From: Mobula hypostoma
Taxonomy: Eukaryota
Assembly: GCF_963921235.1 (NCBI RefSeq)
Contig: NC_086108.1
Span: 68,450,001-68,514,000, forward strand
DNA: 64,000 bases
Direction of reading: 5' to 3'
Below the pieces are notes generated by a model, which saw only the letters and a program-made list of their open reading frames with translations, was not told the origin of the DNA and ran no database searches. The position numbers and the translations under genes are program-made. Shown here in pieces: positions 50,291 through 63,160 of this stretch; positions within the stretch are counted from its first letter, which is position 1, and each line of letters opens with the position of its first letter.

Positions 50291-52836
50291 TCAGTCAGCC
50301 TTATCAGGAAGTAGACGATGAATATGCTCCTCCTCTATGAAGTCCATGACTTCAGACAGGTGGTAGATCTCCCTCGTCCTGCTTGCACAACCCGGTGATG
50401 ATGGCTCCATCAGTTTGACCAGAATATCTTCAACTGGCATGAAGCACATATCCTTTCCACCTGGCTTCGGATGGAAGTGCGTGTTGGGCCCATGAGGGTG
50501 GAAAAACTCCACTTGAACACCTTGATGAGCATCTACAGTGACTGCCTTTGCTAACCACCAATTTTGGTCATAAATGACTGCAAGCCAATCCCCACAATTA
50601 ATGACACCAGCAGATATATCTTTCGTAGTCCCGTCAGGACCACTCTGGGGTTCCTGCCCCATTTTCTCCATCAGCATTGCCAAAGGCCCTCCGTTCTTTC
50701 CCGTTGTGGTAGAGCCATCATTCTCCTCAGCCTGTACCCTGGCATGTGTACTTTCAGTCAACTGAAATGTTGTTGGGCTGAAACACTGGCACATCTGTGG
50801 CTCACTGCAGAAACATGACAATGATCTGCAATGGATGCTGTTTCCGTAAGGTACAACGTGATGGATTTTTCTTGTTGCTGATACAGGTTTTAGTGGTTGA
50901 GAAAGGAGTGCATCATATGTCTGCATGTCACTTTCAGCAATATGATAGAGCTGAGTACTGCAAAGTCTTCTCATGGAAGATCTTGCCATCCACAATGTCA
51001 TTCCCCCGTAGTACAAGGCTGTCTGCAGTCCTTTTCCCCAATGCCATCTGGAGCTCCCTTCCCATGTGAAGTGGCGAAGTTCCAGGTTGTTCTCTGGAAA
51101 CTCAGTGTTGGAGGGACATTGCAGAGGAGAGAAAAGTTATTTTTCTTTTTGTACTGCTTGCTGGGGCCATCTGACCAAAATTGAATGGTATCAACTTTTG
51201 GAAATTTTAAATGAATATCTCTGAGGACTGGTTCCATGTGAGTCCAAATGGCAGAAGCATCCTGTCGCTTGGATTCTGATATTGTACAAAATCCTGCTTT
51301 CTCTTCTTTTGTGTAGTACATGCCAGTGCACAGATTGAGCTGTGGGAGGTTCTAACCAAAATGGCATGACTGTACCTCAGAACTATATTTGCATTTCCAT
51401 GTCTCAGAAAAGTCCACATGCACAACTACAGTGCTTTCATTGCAGTTCTGTATCATGCTCCTGTATTCCCTGGCCTGGTTCTGAACCAAGCACACATATG
51501 TTGTTGTTTCACTCTTTAGTTTGTCTTCATACAGTTTGATGAGCTCTGCCAGTGTGCCATTGTGCTTCACAAGTCTTGTATTGTAGTGAATTCCATCTGC
51601 TGTTTGGTCCTGAACTCATTCCTATTGCTGCCACTCAACATCGGTCTACTCTTGCTGTGGGGTGGCAAGTGTGTGCTTGTGGAGACACCGGGTGCAGGAG
51701 TGCAGAAGACATGCCTCGCTTGTCTGAGAACAACACACAAGTTCAAAACTACCCTCCAATTTGCTAGACTTAACAATACCATATGCTCTTAGGACATCAA
51801 ACATCAGCTTTGCATTTTCATGGTATTGGCATTGGCATGTCTTTCGATCTGATGGTTTTGGTGCTGTGACATAGAATGGACATAAAGCACAGAAGGATGA
51901 ATAACTGAGTTTTACAGTTGGTTCCTTTTTGATGAACTCCCTGTGGAGGTTGAATATTGTGTCAGTCAGAATCATTCTGTGATGCTTTATTTTCTTCTGT
52001 ATTATCATGTCCTGTTTGTCAGTCATTATTCGTGCAGCATTATGGTAGAAATCTTGAACCATCGGGGTTATTGTTTGAACGTAAGTGGGTTTTTTGTCAG
52101 TAGTCCCTCTCTTTCGCAGTGTGTTGTATGACAGCCCGGACTGCTTTGCCTGGTGTACTAAGGGATATTTCTTTAGAACCTCGCCTGACAGAGTCAAGTT
52201 CTTTGATTTTTGTGCAGACTTTCAGGGCGACTGTAAATTATTTTTGTTTTGATTAAATTCTTGAATGAGACAGTTGTGGAAGAGCAGGGTTTTCTTGATT
52301 GAGGGGGTTTTGAGTTTGTTTCCCCATAGCATCTGCTCTGTTTCTTTTCTTGGTGATTCTTGCATTTTATTTCTAGTTTGCTCTCGTCGCCAACGCTTTT
52401 TCAGTTTGTTCCTATCTTTTATTATCTCTTGAAGTTTATTTTTCAAAGCTTTCATCTCTCTCAAGTATCTTGCTCTTGTTTTCTTTCTTTCCCTTTCCCC
52501 TGCTATAGACTGCCTACTGCGAGCTGGCTCCTGTATAGTCTGATCCAATGGACTATCTGGGGGAGTTTCTGGGCGTTCTGGGCCTTTTCTCTTAGCCTCT
52601 GTTGACTCTTGCTGTCTACATTTCCATGCCTTTCTCTTACTCCTCTTTTCCCTTTCATTCACATCACTGATAGTTTTTATCTTCCCATCCTCTACTCTCT
52701 TCTTCCATCTTTGCTTTTCCTTTCTCAGGTATTCCTCCTTTAACTCTGGCTCACTATATATTTTCTCTCTCCACTTTTTTTGGTATTCCCTGTTTCATCT
52801 CCTTCACTCCTCCACTGATAGCTGCTGCCTAGCCAT
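50291..52836 (-). pseudogene. Frameshifted transposase (DDD triad, Cys-rich motifs, C-terminal beta-barrel-like domain)
   Basis: Consecutive minus-strand ORF pieces: ATG 52836 MARQQLSVEE; LSYSSFCALCPFYV..TCQCQYHEN; HVDFSETWKCKYSSEVQSCHFG; FCTISESKRQD; FWSDGPSKQYK; WNFATSHGKGAPDGIG; GDWLAVIYDQNWW...HPHGP. Confidence 0.85.
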
Positions 52837-52920
52837 AACTTCCTAAAATACATAAAAGGAAGGTCAGAATTTAATGGAATTACTATGAAATTGTGCAAAA
52901 TTACTATGAATTTAATTATG

Positions 52921-53352
52921 CAAACACGAGGAATTCTGCAGATGCTGGAAATTCAAGCAACACACATCAAAGTTGCTGGTGAACGCAGCAGGCCAGGCAG
53001 CATCTCTAGGAAGAGGTACAGTCGACAGTTCGGGCCAAGACCCTTCGTCAGGACTAACTGAAAGAAGAGCTAGTAAGAGATATGAAAATGGGAGGGGGAG
53101 GGGGAGGGGGAGGATCCGAAATGATAGGAGAAGACAGGAGAGGGAGGGATGGAGCCGAGAGCTGGACAGTTGATTGGCAAAAGGGATACGAGAGGATCAT
53201 GGGACAGGAGGCCCAGGGAGAAGGAAAAGGGGGAGGGGGGGGAAACCCAGAGGATGGGCAAGGGGTATAGTGAGAGGGACAGAGGGAGAAAAAGAATGTG
53301 TGTATATCAATAAATAACAGATGGGGTATGAGGGGGAGGTGGGGCATTAGCA
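52921..53352 (-). mobile_element. PLE terminal repeat inserted in the DNA transposon
   Basis: Near-identical to 36508-36905; TAATTATG duplicated at 52913-52920 / 53355-53362. The hammerhead motif at 53019-53056 has a mutated GAAA box. Confidence 0.85.
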
Positions 53353-56079
53353 AATAATTATGTTTAATTTGGTGACATTTTATAAAATGATTATGAAATG
53401 GTGCAACTAAATTCATTTATGGTTTTAGTCATTGGGGATACATATAGCAAGGAAATATTGTAGGTCTGTGTGTGGAAGAAACAAAGGGGAAATTATGTAT
53501 ATTATAAATAAAGAGGTTAATGAAACATTACAAGCCATATTACTATTTATTGTAATCATAAATTATATTCAAGACTCCACTATGTGTCACCACTGTCGGA
53601 CAGGAAACCTGACAGTGTTGATATCTGAGGGTGGTGACAAAACACACTTTTCTACATGACATGTGTGAGTGGTATACAGGAGCCATCTTGTTTTCCCTCT
53701 GTTGCTGGCTGCCTCTGGCCTCTACTTAAAATGCATAAATTTACATCATAACTTAAAATAATTCTTTCTATACAAAAAAGACAGTGTTGACACATCATGG
53801 TTGTGACAGTAGCAGCATCAATAAATATGTAAAACTCATTGAAAAAATAGGGAACTTACAGGAGCTTGTTTGACTTTGTTGCCTTGAGCAGATGTGGAGG
53901 GTGGAAAGGGGGTCCTCAGGAATATAGTTGACCATGTGGTTGCCTGATTTTACTGCTTTTTTTAAAATATCTGATGGTGTTGACAAAAAGTTGGGATACA
54001 TTTTGAGCAACCACAAAATAACAGTAAATATTGTTGAAACTGCTTTTAGTTTTAAAGAGGTTTTTCACTCTGCTCTTTTATCTGGCATATATATTATACA
54101 TTTTAAATGATTTGTTCACACTTTTTTATCAATTTGAAATGATAATCTCTTGTCTGAGAACAACTGATTTTGTGGGTACTGGGCTATCATATAATCATAT
54201 AATTTATAAAATTAAAAACAAACATGTGAAAAATGTTGCATTTGTGCAAAAGACCCTCAGATGATCAACCCTGATTATTTTAAGTAAGAAAATGTTATTC
54301 ATTTTCAATGGAATTAGCACTTTTCTTAGTGGGACATGTTTTCACCGGTCTCAAGAATCAGTGATATACATATATATAGTTTGATTAAATATTCCTTTTT
54401 TTAAATAATTCATTATGGTTTGTACACAAAAATACACCATTATGCTACCACGTGAAATATGCATGTCTCACTTAAAGTAAACTCAAACTACACCCGTATT
54501 TTCGGACTTCCATGTTTCCTTGAATTAATTTAATGTTTTGAAGTTACAAAACATAACATTGGCAATGAGGTGTTTTTAAAATGAGTGCAAGACGGCTACC
54601 AACCTGTTAAAGTGGAGCGAGACATAAAAACTATAAAAAAGGTGCAAGGAACAGTCGAATTTAAAAGAAACAGCCCAGCACTTGGAGAGCCAGGCTTCAG
54701 AAGAAGAGACATGATTGAGCTTTTTTTAAAAAGGCCATAAACGGAAGAAGTCAGGGACTAAAGAGTGAGTACTGGGTGATTATAATCATTTAAAAAATCA
54801 GAAATGGCTGGCTACATCAGAAAAATTGATGAGTTTGATTACACAACAGGTAATTGGCTCATGTATGCTGAACTATTGGAACAGTTTTTTGAAGCAAATG
54901 AAATAACCAAAGAGAAGTGAGTGCCAATTTTGCTAAGTGCATTAGGTTTAAAGGCATACAATTTGCTTTGAAGTTTGACTGCTCCAACCAAACCATTAGA
55001 AATCATCTTTGCAGTTATTGTAAAAGTGATGCAGAAACACTTAGAAATAAAGCCATTGCTGATTGCAGAACACTTTAGGCTTCATAAGCAGAATCAAAAG
55101 GATGTGGAGTCCATTTCAGCATATGTGGCTGAACTGAAAAGATTGTCTGAGCGTTGTCAGTTTGGTAACGGGCTTAATGATACACTGAGAGATTGTTTAG
55201 CTTGTGGAATCTTAAAAGAAAGTATTCAAAAATGGCACCTAACTGAAGCACAGCTTACTTTCAAAAAGAACAGTAGAAAATCGCTGTTTCAATGGAAACC
55301 ACAGACAGAGAGGCAATTAAGTGGCAGTCAGGAATGAAAGTGAGCATGAATAAAGTTGCAATGTCTAAACAGAAACCACCCTGTGGAACATATTGTGTTA
55401 CTGTGTGGCAGGGGCTAACATATATGAAAAAAATCAGATTTAAAGGTGAAACTTGCAGAAAATGCAACAAAGTAAGTCATATATGAAGAGCATGTCAGGC
55501 AGACAAAAATAAATGGACTGCATAAAGAAAAGAAAAAGATAGAAAGTCAAGATTCAGTTTTAAAAAGAGAACTAATCTGCACGCTGTTGATGAAAAATCG
55601 GATCGTGATGAGCATGACACAGGACTGCGTACTCTAACTATACAACTTTGGGATGTGGGAGGAAGCCAGAACACCCAGGTGAAACCCATGAGGTTACAGG
55701 GAGGACATACAAACTCTTTACTGACTGCAGCAGGAATTATACCCTCAATCTTACGGCTGGTGCTGTAAAGCATTGCACTAACTGCTACGTAATCAGAAAG
55801 TTGGAAAAGCAACAATTAGTATTTAATAAAGATGATCACAAAAATGTAATAAAAACCCATCAGTATCCAGAGGAGGAAAATTGCAATCCTTATCTGGTCT
55901 GGCACATGTCTGACCTGAAACCTACCCAATCTGGTCGACTTTTTAATGCCCTGTGAAATGACTCACTCAGCTGTACAATCACCATTACATTAATTCTGAG
56001 CTCAGATAAAATCAGATACTCCACCTGGCATTGAACTGGGCACCAAACTCAGACAGGAAAAAAAATATTCCCTATCCAA

Positions 56080-56400
56080 TCAACATTGCAATAACTTCAA
56101 AAACTCCGGGGCTTGGTACTTAAGTTGGAAGAACTGTCTCATAGAGTGGTTAAGCAACAGCCTGATGTAATTGTTCTCAAGGAATCACATCTAATAATAT
56201 GCCAGACTCCTCCATCACAATATCTAAAAGTGACTTTCTCTTTTGCAGAACAGATCCTCTGGAGGTGGCAGCATTGGTGGAAGGGATCGCTTGGGATCCT
56301 CAACATAGACCCCAGGCCCCAAGATACAATGTGCATCAGGCAAATCTGGGCCTCGCCCTATCACAGATATTCTTTATAGCCTATCCACCTCTCCACATCT
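56080..56400 (+). mobile_element. Ancient LINE AP-endonuclease remnant
   Basis: LVLKLEELSHRVVKQQPDVIVLKESHL resembles the N-terminus of APE domains (PDIV.LTE). Confidence 0.5.
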
Positions 56401-57849
56401 TAAAAATAATATGTTTTCTCACGTTTCTGATTATAATTAAAGGTCTTTGACATGAAAGATTAACTCTGTTTCTCTTTCCACAGATGCTGCCTAAACTGCT
56501 GACTGATTTTAGTGTTCATTTTTTCCTCGAGTTTTTTTACATTTAGCCTTCATGTCATGGTGTGCTAGTGTAAGCTGCAAGAGTTTTCCAGCACTAGGAA
56601 AGGAGAATTTGGGGTAGAAGAAGCCAAAGAAATTAGGTATTTTTCAATCTTTTAATTTTCAGTTTGTGCTAGAAGAAGGAAGATTGTTCCTCTGGGCTCC
56701 AAAGGATAAACTTGGTGTGTTCCTGTCATCATCTTGTCTCACTGCCCAATTCCAAGTCCTCAGTAGAGCAGTGGGGACCAATCCAACTATCATCTTATGT
56801 GATTTTGTTTTCAATTGCTTCCTGATCAGAGTAGCTGTGCCTTGGGCATCAGGGGTTTAATAAGACCCGCAATTTGAAATAACTTGGAACCCATTTTCAG
56901 ATAAATTTCATGGTTTCTAATACATTCCATATTTATTCAGTGAAGAATTGGTTCAAAGTTTAACTGGCTGCATGTCGGATTCATTGCATAGGTGACTCCC
57001 CTCATAGGGAGGGTTGGTTTTTAGGAAACAGTATATATTGTGACTTTCTGTAACGTACTCACATATGTGCCAAGAAGTTTAAGTTGATAAGAAATAAATA
57101 AACATCCCTTTTCTCATCTTTCAGGAGGTGAGTTCCAAGTGAAAGTGGATGCTCATCTTCAGCTTGAACTACAAGTTGCAGTAGGAAAACAGGAACAAGC
57201 AGGTTTAGCTTGCATATCCTCTATTATTTTACTGTGATGGTGTACTTAAGTGATACAAAAATATATAAATTATACAGTGATTCAGTGAGAAGGCGTACTG
57301 TGGAATCACAATTTACCGTAAGCATTGATATATTTATAGTAGAACAGTTGAGATTTCCTGTCTGACTTCAAACATGAGCATTGCAGATACAATTTTTCAG
57401 GACAATCTTGTTAGAACAAGGAAAAGATCTTTTGCAGCAGGCTGCTGTAGACTAAATTGAATGGAGTGTTCTATATATACACATTCTTCTTAACACATCT
57501 AAAATTAACCATCTGATCGAGCTTCAGTGGAACACAGCCATGTAACTGACTTTGTAATAAAGGATAATCATTGAATTAAAGTGTTTATTCTACCTTACTA
57601 ACAGCTAATCACTACGTTCTTCTGCTAATACTTAATTCTATAGTCTATAGTTGGAAATATTTAAAACATTTAAAATATGTAAATAATCTGGAAGACATAT
57701 TGGGCCAGACTTTGTGGTTGTAGCAATCGGCTTGCTTCCTCTTTGAAAACATCACACTTACCTTAAATGTATTCCCTGCCAGTGTGCAAAGCATCAAATG
57801 AAGATCTCTTGAAAAGAGCATACTGGATGAATGGCTGCAACAGAGCTGA

Positions 57850-58212
57850 TAGAAACATAGAAACATATAAAACCTAAAGCACAGTACAGGCCCTTCGGCC
57901 CACAATGCTATGCCAAACATATACAGACTTTAGAAATTACGGTTACACATAGCCCTCTATTTTTCTAAGCTCCATGTACCAATCCAGAAGCCTCCTAAAA
58001 AACTCTATTGTATCCACCTCCACCACCGTCACCGGCAGTCTATTCCACGTACTCACCACTCTCAGCATAAAAAACTTCCCCCTGATGTCTCCTCTGTACC
58101 TACTTCCAAGCACCTTAAAACTGCGCCCTCTCATGTTAACCATTTCAACCCTGAGAAAAAGCCTCTGACTATTCACACGATCAATGCCTCTCATCATCTT
58201 ATACACCTCTAC
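57850..58212 (-). mobile_element. CR1 3' fragment
   Basis: VEVYKMMRGIDRVNSQRLF...KFFMLRVVSTWNRLP; (TAGAAACA)n tail. Confidence 0.85.
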
Positions 58213-58404
58213 CAACTGCGTAAGTTCCCTCACGTAAAACTGTGTGACTAAGCCATCCCTCCTGGTTTAGTGGACTAACAAAGCTGTCAAGACAATGATT
58301 TTAAATATTCCTATCTTTCAGGAACATTCAAAAATATTAAAATCTATTTAAAACTTTCCAATTCCTGAAAAAATAGTGGAATAATTAGCAATTTAGAAAA
58401 ATTA

Positions 58405-58678
58405 AACAGCTTCCTCCCACAGGCAGTCAGACTGCTAAATAGCTGCTCCACCTGACTCTGCTTTGGACACTTTTAACTTGCACTGAACAGTTATAACTGA
58501 TTTTAACTGACATGTGGCTGTTGTGTTTTACTATTTATTGTTATGTTTATTATTTAGTGTTGCGTTTGTTATGTTATGATTGCTCTGCCCCTGAGAAACA
58601 CTGTCTCATTCTGCCCTGCGGAGCTGATGTATGGTTAGAATGACAATAAAGTTTTTTGAATCTTGAATCTTGAATCTT
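58405..58678 (+). mobile_element. Rex1-like LINE 3' end
   Basis: aacagcttcctcccacaggcagtcagactgctaaat (NSFLPQAVRLLN), AATAAA and a (GAATCTT)n tail. Confidence 0.7.
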
Positions 58679-59091
58679 ACAGGCTAAATAATCTTACGTG
58701 TAAATTAAGAGTAGTGTGTTTCACATTTCAGTACTATTGTAAATATATTGTTTGATTAATCATTCACTGCTTGTTCACATAATTCATTATAGGTTATATA
58801 TAAGAAGTACATGAATGGCATATATCATTATGCCACTATCATGTGAGCGCCTCACTGAAGACAAACTGAGTACACACATTCCCAGCTCTTGTGTTTTACT
58901 TTGATTAGTTTCTAGGATTACAAAGCATAATGGTGGCAATGAGGAAGTTGTAAAATGAACCCGAGATGACTATCTAGCTGCTGAAGTGCAACATGTTTTT
59001 ATTCAAAAGGGAGAGATTGTCCAGACTGTCAGGAAGGGCAGGCAGATGATAGGGCAAAATTGTAACCAGCAGGGTGAGTATCAGTGCATTA

Positions 59092-59742
59092 TTATTATTA
59101 TGATTATGAGGACACACAGTCCCCTTTTATTGTCATTTAGTAATGCACGCATTAAGAAATGATACAATGTTTTTCCAGAATGATATCACGAAAACATGTG
59201 ACAAACCAACTTAAAAACTAACAAAAACCACATAATTATAAAATATAGTTACAACAGTGCAAAGCAATACCGTAATTTGCTAAGAACAGACTATGGTACA
59301 GTAAAAGTTTCAAAGTCTCTCGAAAGTCCCATCATCTCACGCAGACAGTAAACCTCCAGCGCTGCCAACTTGCCAATGCAGCATCCTGGAAGCATCCGAT
59401 CACAGTCCAACTCCGAGTCTGTCCAAAAAACTCCGAGCCTCCGACCACCTCTTCGACACTGAGCACCGAACACCATCTCTGCCGAGCGCTTCGACCCCAG
59501 CCCCGCAACAGGTGATAGGCAAAGCTGAGGATTTGGGGCCTTCGTCTCCGGAGATTCTCGATTGCACAGTAGCAGCGGCAGTGAAGCGGGCATTTCAGAA
59601 GTTACTCCAGATGTTCCTCTGCGCTTCTCACGGCTGTCTCCATCAAATCCAGATTGTGCATGGCTCCCTAGTTACACATAATCGATATTCATTCGGAACA
59701 GCCGCGTGCACTGCGTCGCGCCGTCATCTTCTCCTCCTTCTT
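59092..59742 (-). mobile_element. Non-autonomous ~650-bp retroelement with GC-rich head and LINE-like tail, inserted in the CR1
   Basis: The CR1 rejoins as ...CAGTGCATTA|GGGAAGC. The minus strand starts GAAGGAGGAGAAGATGACGGCGCGACG and ends GACAATAAAAG...CATAATCATAATAATAAT. Confidence 0.7.
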
Positions 59743-62266
59743 TTAGGGAAGCAAAATCAAAATAGGGTAGAAAATACAGCACTCAACGTGTTAGATTTCA
59801 TTGCACAGAGTATAAGAAATAAGGTGGATGATCTTGTTGCACTATTACAAATTGTCAGGTATGAAGTTGTGACCATCACTGAATCGTGGCTGAAGGATGG
59901 TTGTAGTTGGGAGCAAAATGTCCAAGGTTACACGTTATATCGGAGGGATAGGAAGGTAGGCAGAAGGGGCATCAGTGGAAAGATGTGACATAGGATCGGA
60001 AGATGGTGGATCCTTGTGGGTTGAGTTAAGAAACTGCAAAGGTAAAAGGACTCTGAAGGCAGTTTTTACAGGCCTCCCAACAGTAGCTGGGATGTGGGCC
60101 ACAGATTACAACAGGAAATAGAAAAGGCATGTCAGAAGGGCAATGTTATGATAGTCATGGGAGATTTTAACATGCGGGTCGATTGAGAAAATCAGGTTGG
60201 TAATGGATCCAAGAGAGTGAGTCTGTTGAATGCGTATGAGATGGCTTTTTAAAGCAGTTTGTCGTTGAGCTTACTAGGGATCAGCTATACTGGACTGGGT
60301 GTTACGTAATGAACTGGAAGCAGCTAGGGAGCTGAAGGTAAAAGAGCCCTTAGGAGCCAGCGACCTAATATGATTGAAGAGCAAGAATACAAACTTGAAA
60401 TTTGATAGGGAGAAAGTAAAGACTGATGTAGCAGTATATCAGTGGAGTAAAGGAAATTACAATGGTATGAGAGCAGATTTGGCCAAAGTAAATCGGAAGG
60501 AGCTGTTGGCAGGGATGTCAGCAAAGCAGCAATGGCGTGAGTTTCTGGGAAAAATGAGGAAGGTACAGGACAGATGTATTCCAAAAATGAAGAAATACTC
60601 AAATGTAAAAAATAAAAGAAAGCTGGGTGTGGATATAGGAATGCTAGAAAATGAGGCCGGAGAAATAATAATGGGGGACTGGAGATGACAGATCAACTAA
60701 GTGAGTATTTTGCATCAGTCTTCACCGCAGAAGGCACCAGCAGTGTGCCAGATGTTGTCATGTGTGAAGGAAGAGAAGTGGGTGCAGTTACTATTATAAG
60801 GGAGAAGGTGCTCAAAAAACTGAAAGACCTAAGGGTACATAAGTCATCCGGGCCAGATGAACTGCACCCTAGGGTTCTGAAAGTGGAAGCATTAGAGATT
60901 GTGGAGGCATTAGCAATGATCTTCCAAAAATCATTGGACGCTGACATGTTGCCAGAGGACTGGAAAATTGCAAATGTTACTCCACTCTTTAAGAAAAGGG
61001 GAAGGCAGTAGAAAGGAATTTATAGACCAGTTAATTTGACCTCAGTGGGTGGGAAGATGTTAGAGTCAATTGTTCAGGATGAGATTATGGAGTACTTGGT
61101 GACACAGGACAAGATAGTACAAAGTCAGCATGATTTCCTCAAGGGAATATCTTGCCTGACGAACCTGCTGGAATTCTTTGAGGACATTACAAGTAGGATA
61201 GATAAAGGGGATGCAGTGGATGTTGTATATTTGGGCTTTCAGAAGGCCTTTGACCAGGTACCACACATGAGGCTGCTTACCAAAGTAAGAGTCCATGGTA
61301 TTACAGGAAAGTTACTGGCATGGCTAGAGCAATGGCTGATTGGTAATAGGCAGCAAATGGGAATCAAAGGATCCTTTTCTGGTTGCCTGCCAGTAACTCG
61401 TGGCTTTCCACAGGAGTCGGTGTTGAGACCATTTTTTTTATGCTGTATATCAATGATTTCAATGATGGAATTGATGGCTTTTTGCCAAGTTTGCATGATA
61501 CGAACATTGGTGGAGTGGCAGGTAGTGTTAAGGAAACAGGTAGGCTGCAGAAGAACTTAGACAGATTAGGCGAATGGGTTAGAAAATGGCAAATGAAATA
61601 CAATGCTGGAAAGTGCATGGTCATGCATTCTGGTAGTAGAAATAAATGTGCAGACTATTTTCTAAATGGGGAGAAAATCCAAAAATCTGAGATGCAAAAG
61701 GACTTGGGAATCCTTGTGTAGAACACCCTAAAGGTTAAGCTGCAGGTTGAATCAGTGGTAAGGAAGACAAATGCAATGTTAGCATTCATTTCAAGAGGTC
61801 TTGAATATAAGAGCAAGGATGTGATGCTGAAGCTTTACAAGGCCTCACCTTGAGTATCGTGAACAGTTTTGGGCCCCTCATCTAGGAAAAAATGTGCTGG
61901 CATTGGAGAAGGTCCAGAGGCAGTTCACAAGGATGATTCTGGGAATGAAAGGGTTATCCTATGAGGAACGTTTGATGGCTCTGGGTCTGTACTTGCTGGA
62001 ATTTCTAAATTCCAGCAAGTACAGACCCAGAGGGGGGGATCTCATTGAACCCTTTCAAATGTTGAAAGGCCTCAAAAGAGTAGATGTGGAAAGGATGTTT
62101 CCCATGGTGGGATAGTCTAGGACAAGATGGAACAGCCTCAGAATAGAGAGGCGCCCATTTAAATCAGCAATGCCTCGAAATTTCTTTAGACAGACTGTGG
62201 TGAATTTGTGGAATTTATTACCACGGGCAGCTGTGGAAGGTAGGTTGTTGGGTTTATTTAAGGCAA

Positions 62267-63160
62267 TGTTATGTAACCGGCAACAATGAATATCAATCGA
62301 GACAGGTTATATAAAAACAACCAAACATTTATTAAACACGGATAAATGATAAGGTAAAAAAAAACAAACGAAAACTTTAACCGGAAGTTAACCGATATGC
62401 AACCGTTCAACAAATCGACACTCGGCACTGGTTCTTAAAGCATTAAATGCGAAAATAGTTCTTAAAGCGATAAAGTCAAATATAGTTCTTAAAGCGATAA
62501 ATTCAAAAGTCCAACAGATTTATACGTTCAATTGGGAGAGACTTCTCTGGAGAAGGATTTCTTCACAGACACGACTTTCCTGCTGGTTCTGTTCACAGGA
62601 TTCACGATGCCGAAAATAAACAGTTTAAAATAACTGACCTTAAATTGTTTTAGAGAGAGAGCAAAACTTTGCATGAACTTCTTGCTCTTTTTGGCAAGAG
62701 TTATCCTCGATACAGGTGGCTACTCCTCCAACGAAGACTCAATAAGGTCGATCCTTTATTAAACTGCCAAAAAATGCCGACTTCTCTCAATCCTTCGATC
62801 CTGCACTTTGATAAATTCTTCACTCTCCCTTCTACTGTTGGAATGGGGTAAATCAACACATCTAGCAAAAATTTCCAGTCCAATAATATGGTATCTTGCA
62901 ACAGAACGCAATACTCCGTTTTAAAGATGAAACTGCGTCACAAAAACAAACACACAACAGAAACGGAGACACAGCACATTCTACCTGGAAATCTACAAAC
63001 TAAAACCCAACTGCGTCATCCGGGGTCGACCCTTATATACCCATGGTGCACGTGTCATCACGTGACCTCACATCGATGGGAAAATCACATCAGGTGACCC
63101 TCAAAAGACCATTACATCATTCTCACAAAAAAAAACACAGATCTCCTTGAGCATGAAACA
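62267..63160 (-). mobile_element. Solo LTR (894 bp) inserted in the CR1
   Basis: TGTT...AACA termini with 4-bp flanks GCAA/GCAG. The CR1 rejoins as TTTAAGGCAGAGATG. Minus-strand TATA (GTATATAAG, ~63035) and AATAAA (~62330); three ~27-bp GTTCTTAAAGC repeats at 62431-62505. Confidence 0.75.

Larger units (their letters stand above)
49475..54363 (-). mobile_element. Cut-and-paste DNA transposon with 15-bp TIRs (CACTGATTCTT[C/G]AGA) and a Sola2-like DDD transposase pseudogene
   Basis: Left end CACTGATTCTTCAGA at 49475 and right end TCTCAAGAATCAGTG at 54349-54363 (14/15 inverted match). ATAT on both flanks. The host LTR rejoins when the element is removed. Confidence 0.85.
49429..55627 (+). mobile_element. 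Gypsy LTR retrotransposon 5' part: split 5' LTR (49429-49474 plus 54364-54558), PBS and decayed gag
   Basis: LTR TGTTGTG...CATAACA. PBS TGGCAATGAGG (54560-54570) is a CpG-decayed TGGCGACGAGG, complementary to tRNA-Ser(GCT). Gag from ATG 54804 reads MAGYIRKIDEFDYTTGNWLMYAELLEQFFEAN..., with zinc knuckle CRKCNKVSHI*RAC near 55453-55496. Confidence 0.85.

Noticed and set aside
49475..54363. Transib/RAG-like transposon suggested by the CAC termini
   Set aside because: No 5-bp TSD, no RSS-like heptamer/nonamer, and no RAG1-core motifs in the protein.
49429..58932. A single Gypsy provirus bounded by the LTRs at 49429 and 58712
   Set aside because: Both LTRs are followed by a PBS and gag leader, so both are 5' LTRs of separate insertions. 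They are also quite divergent, and no pol or clear PPT precedes the second.
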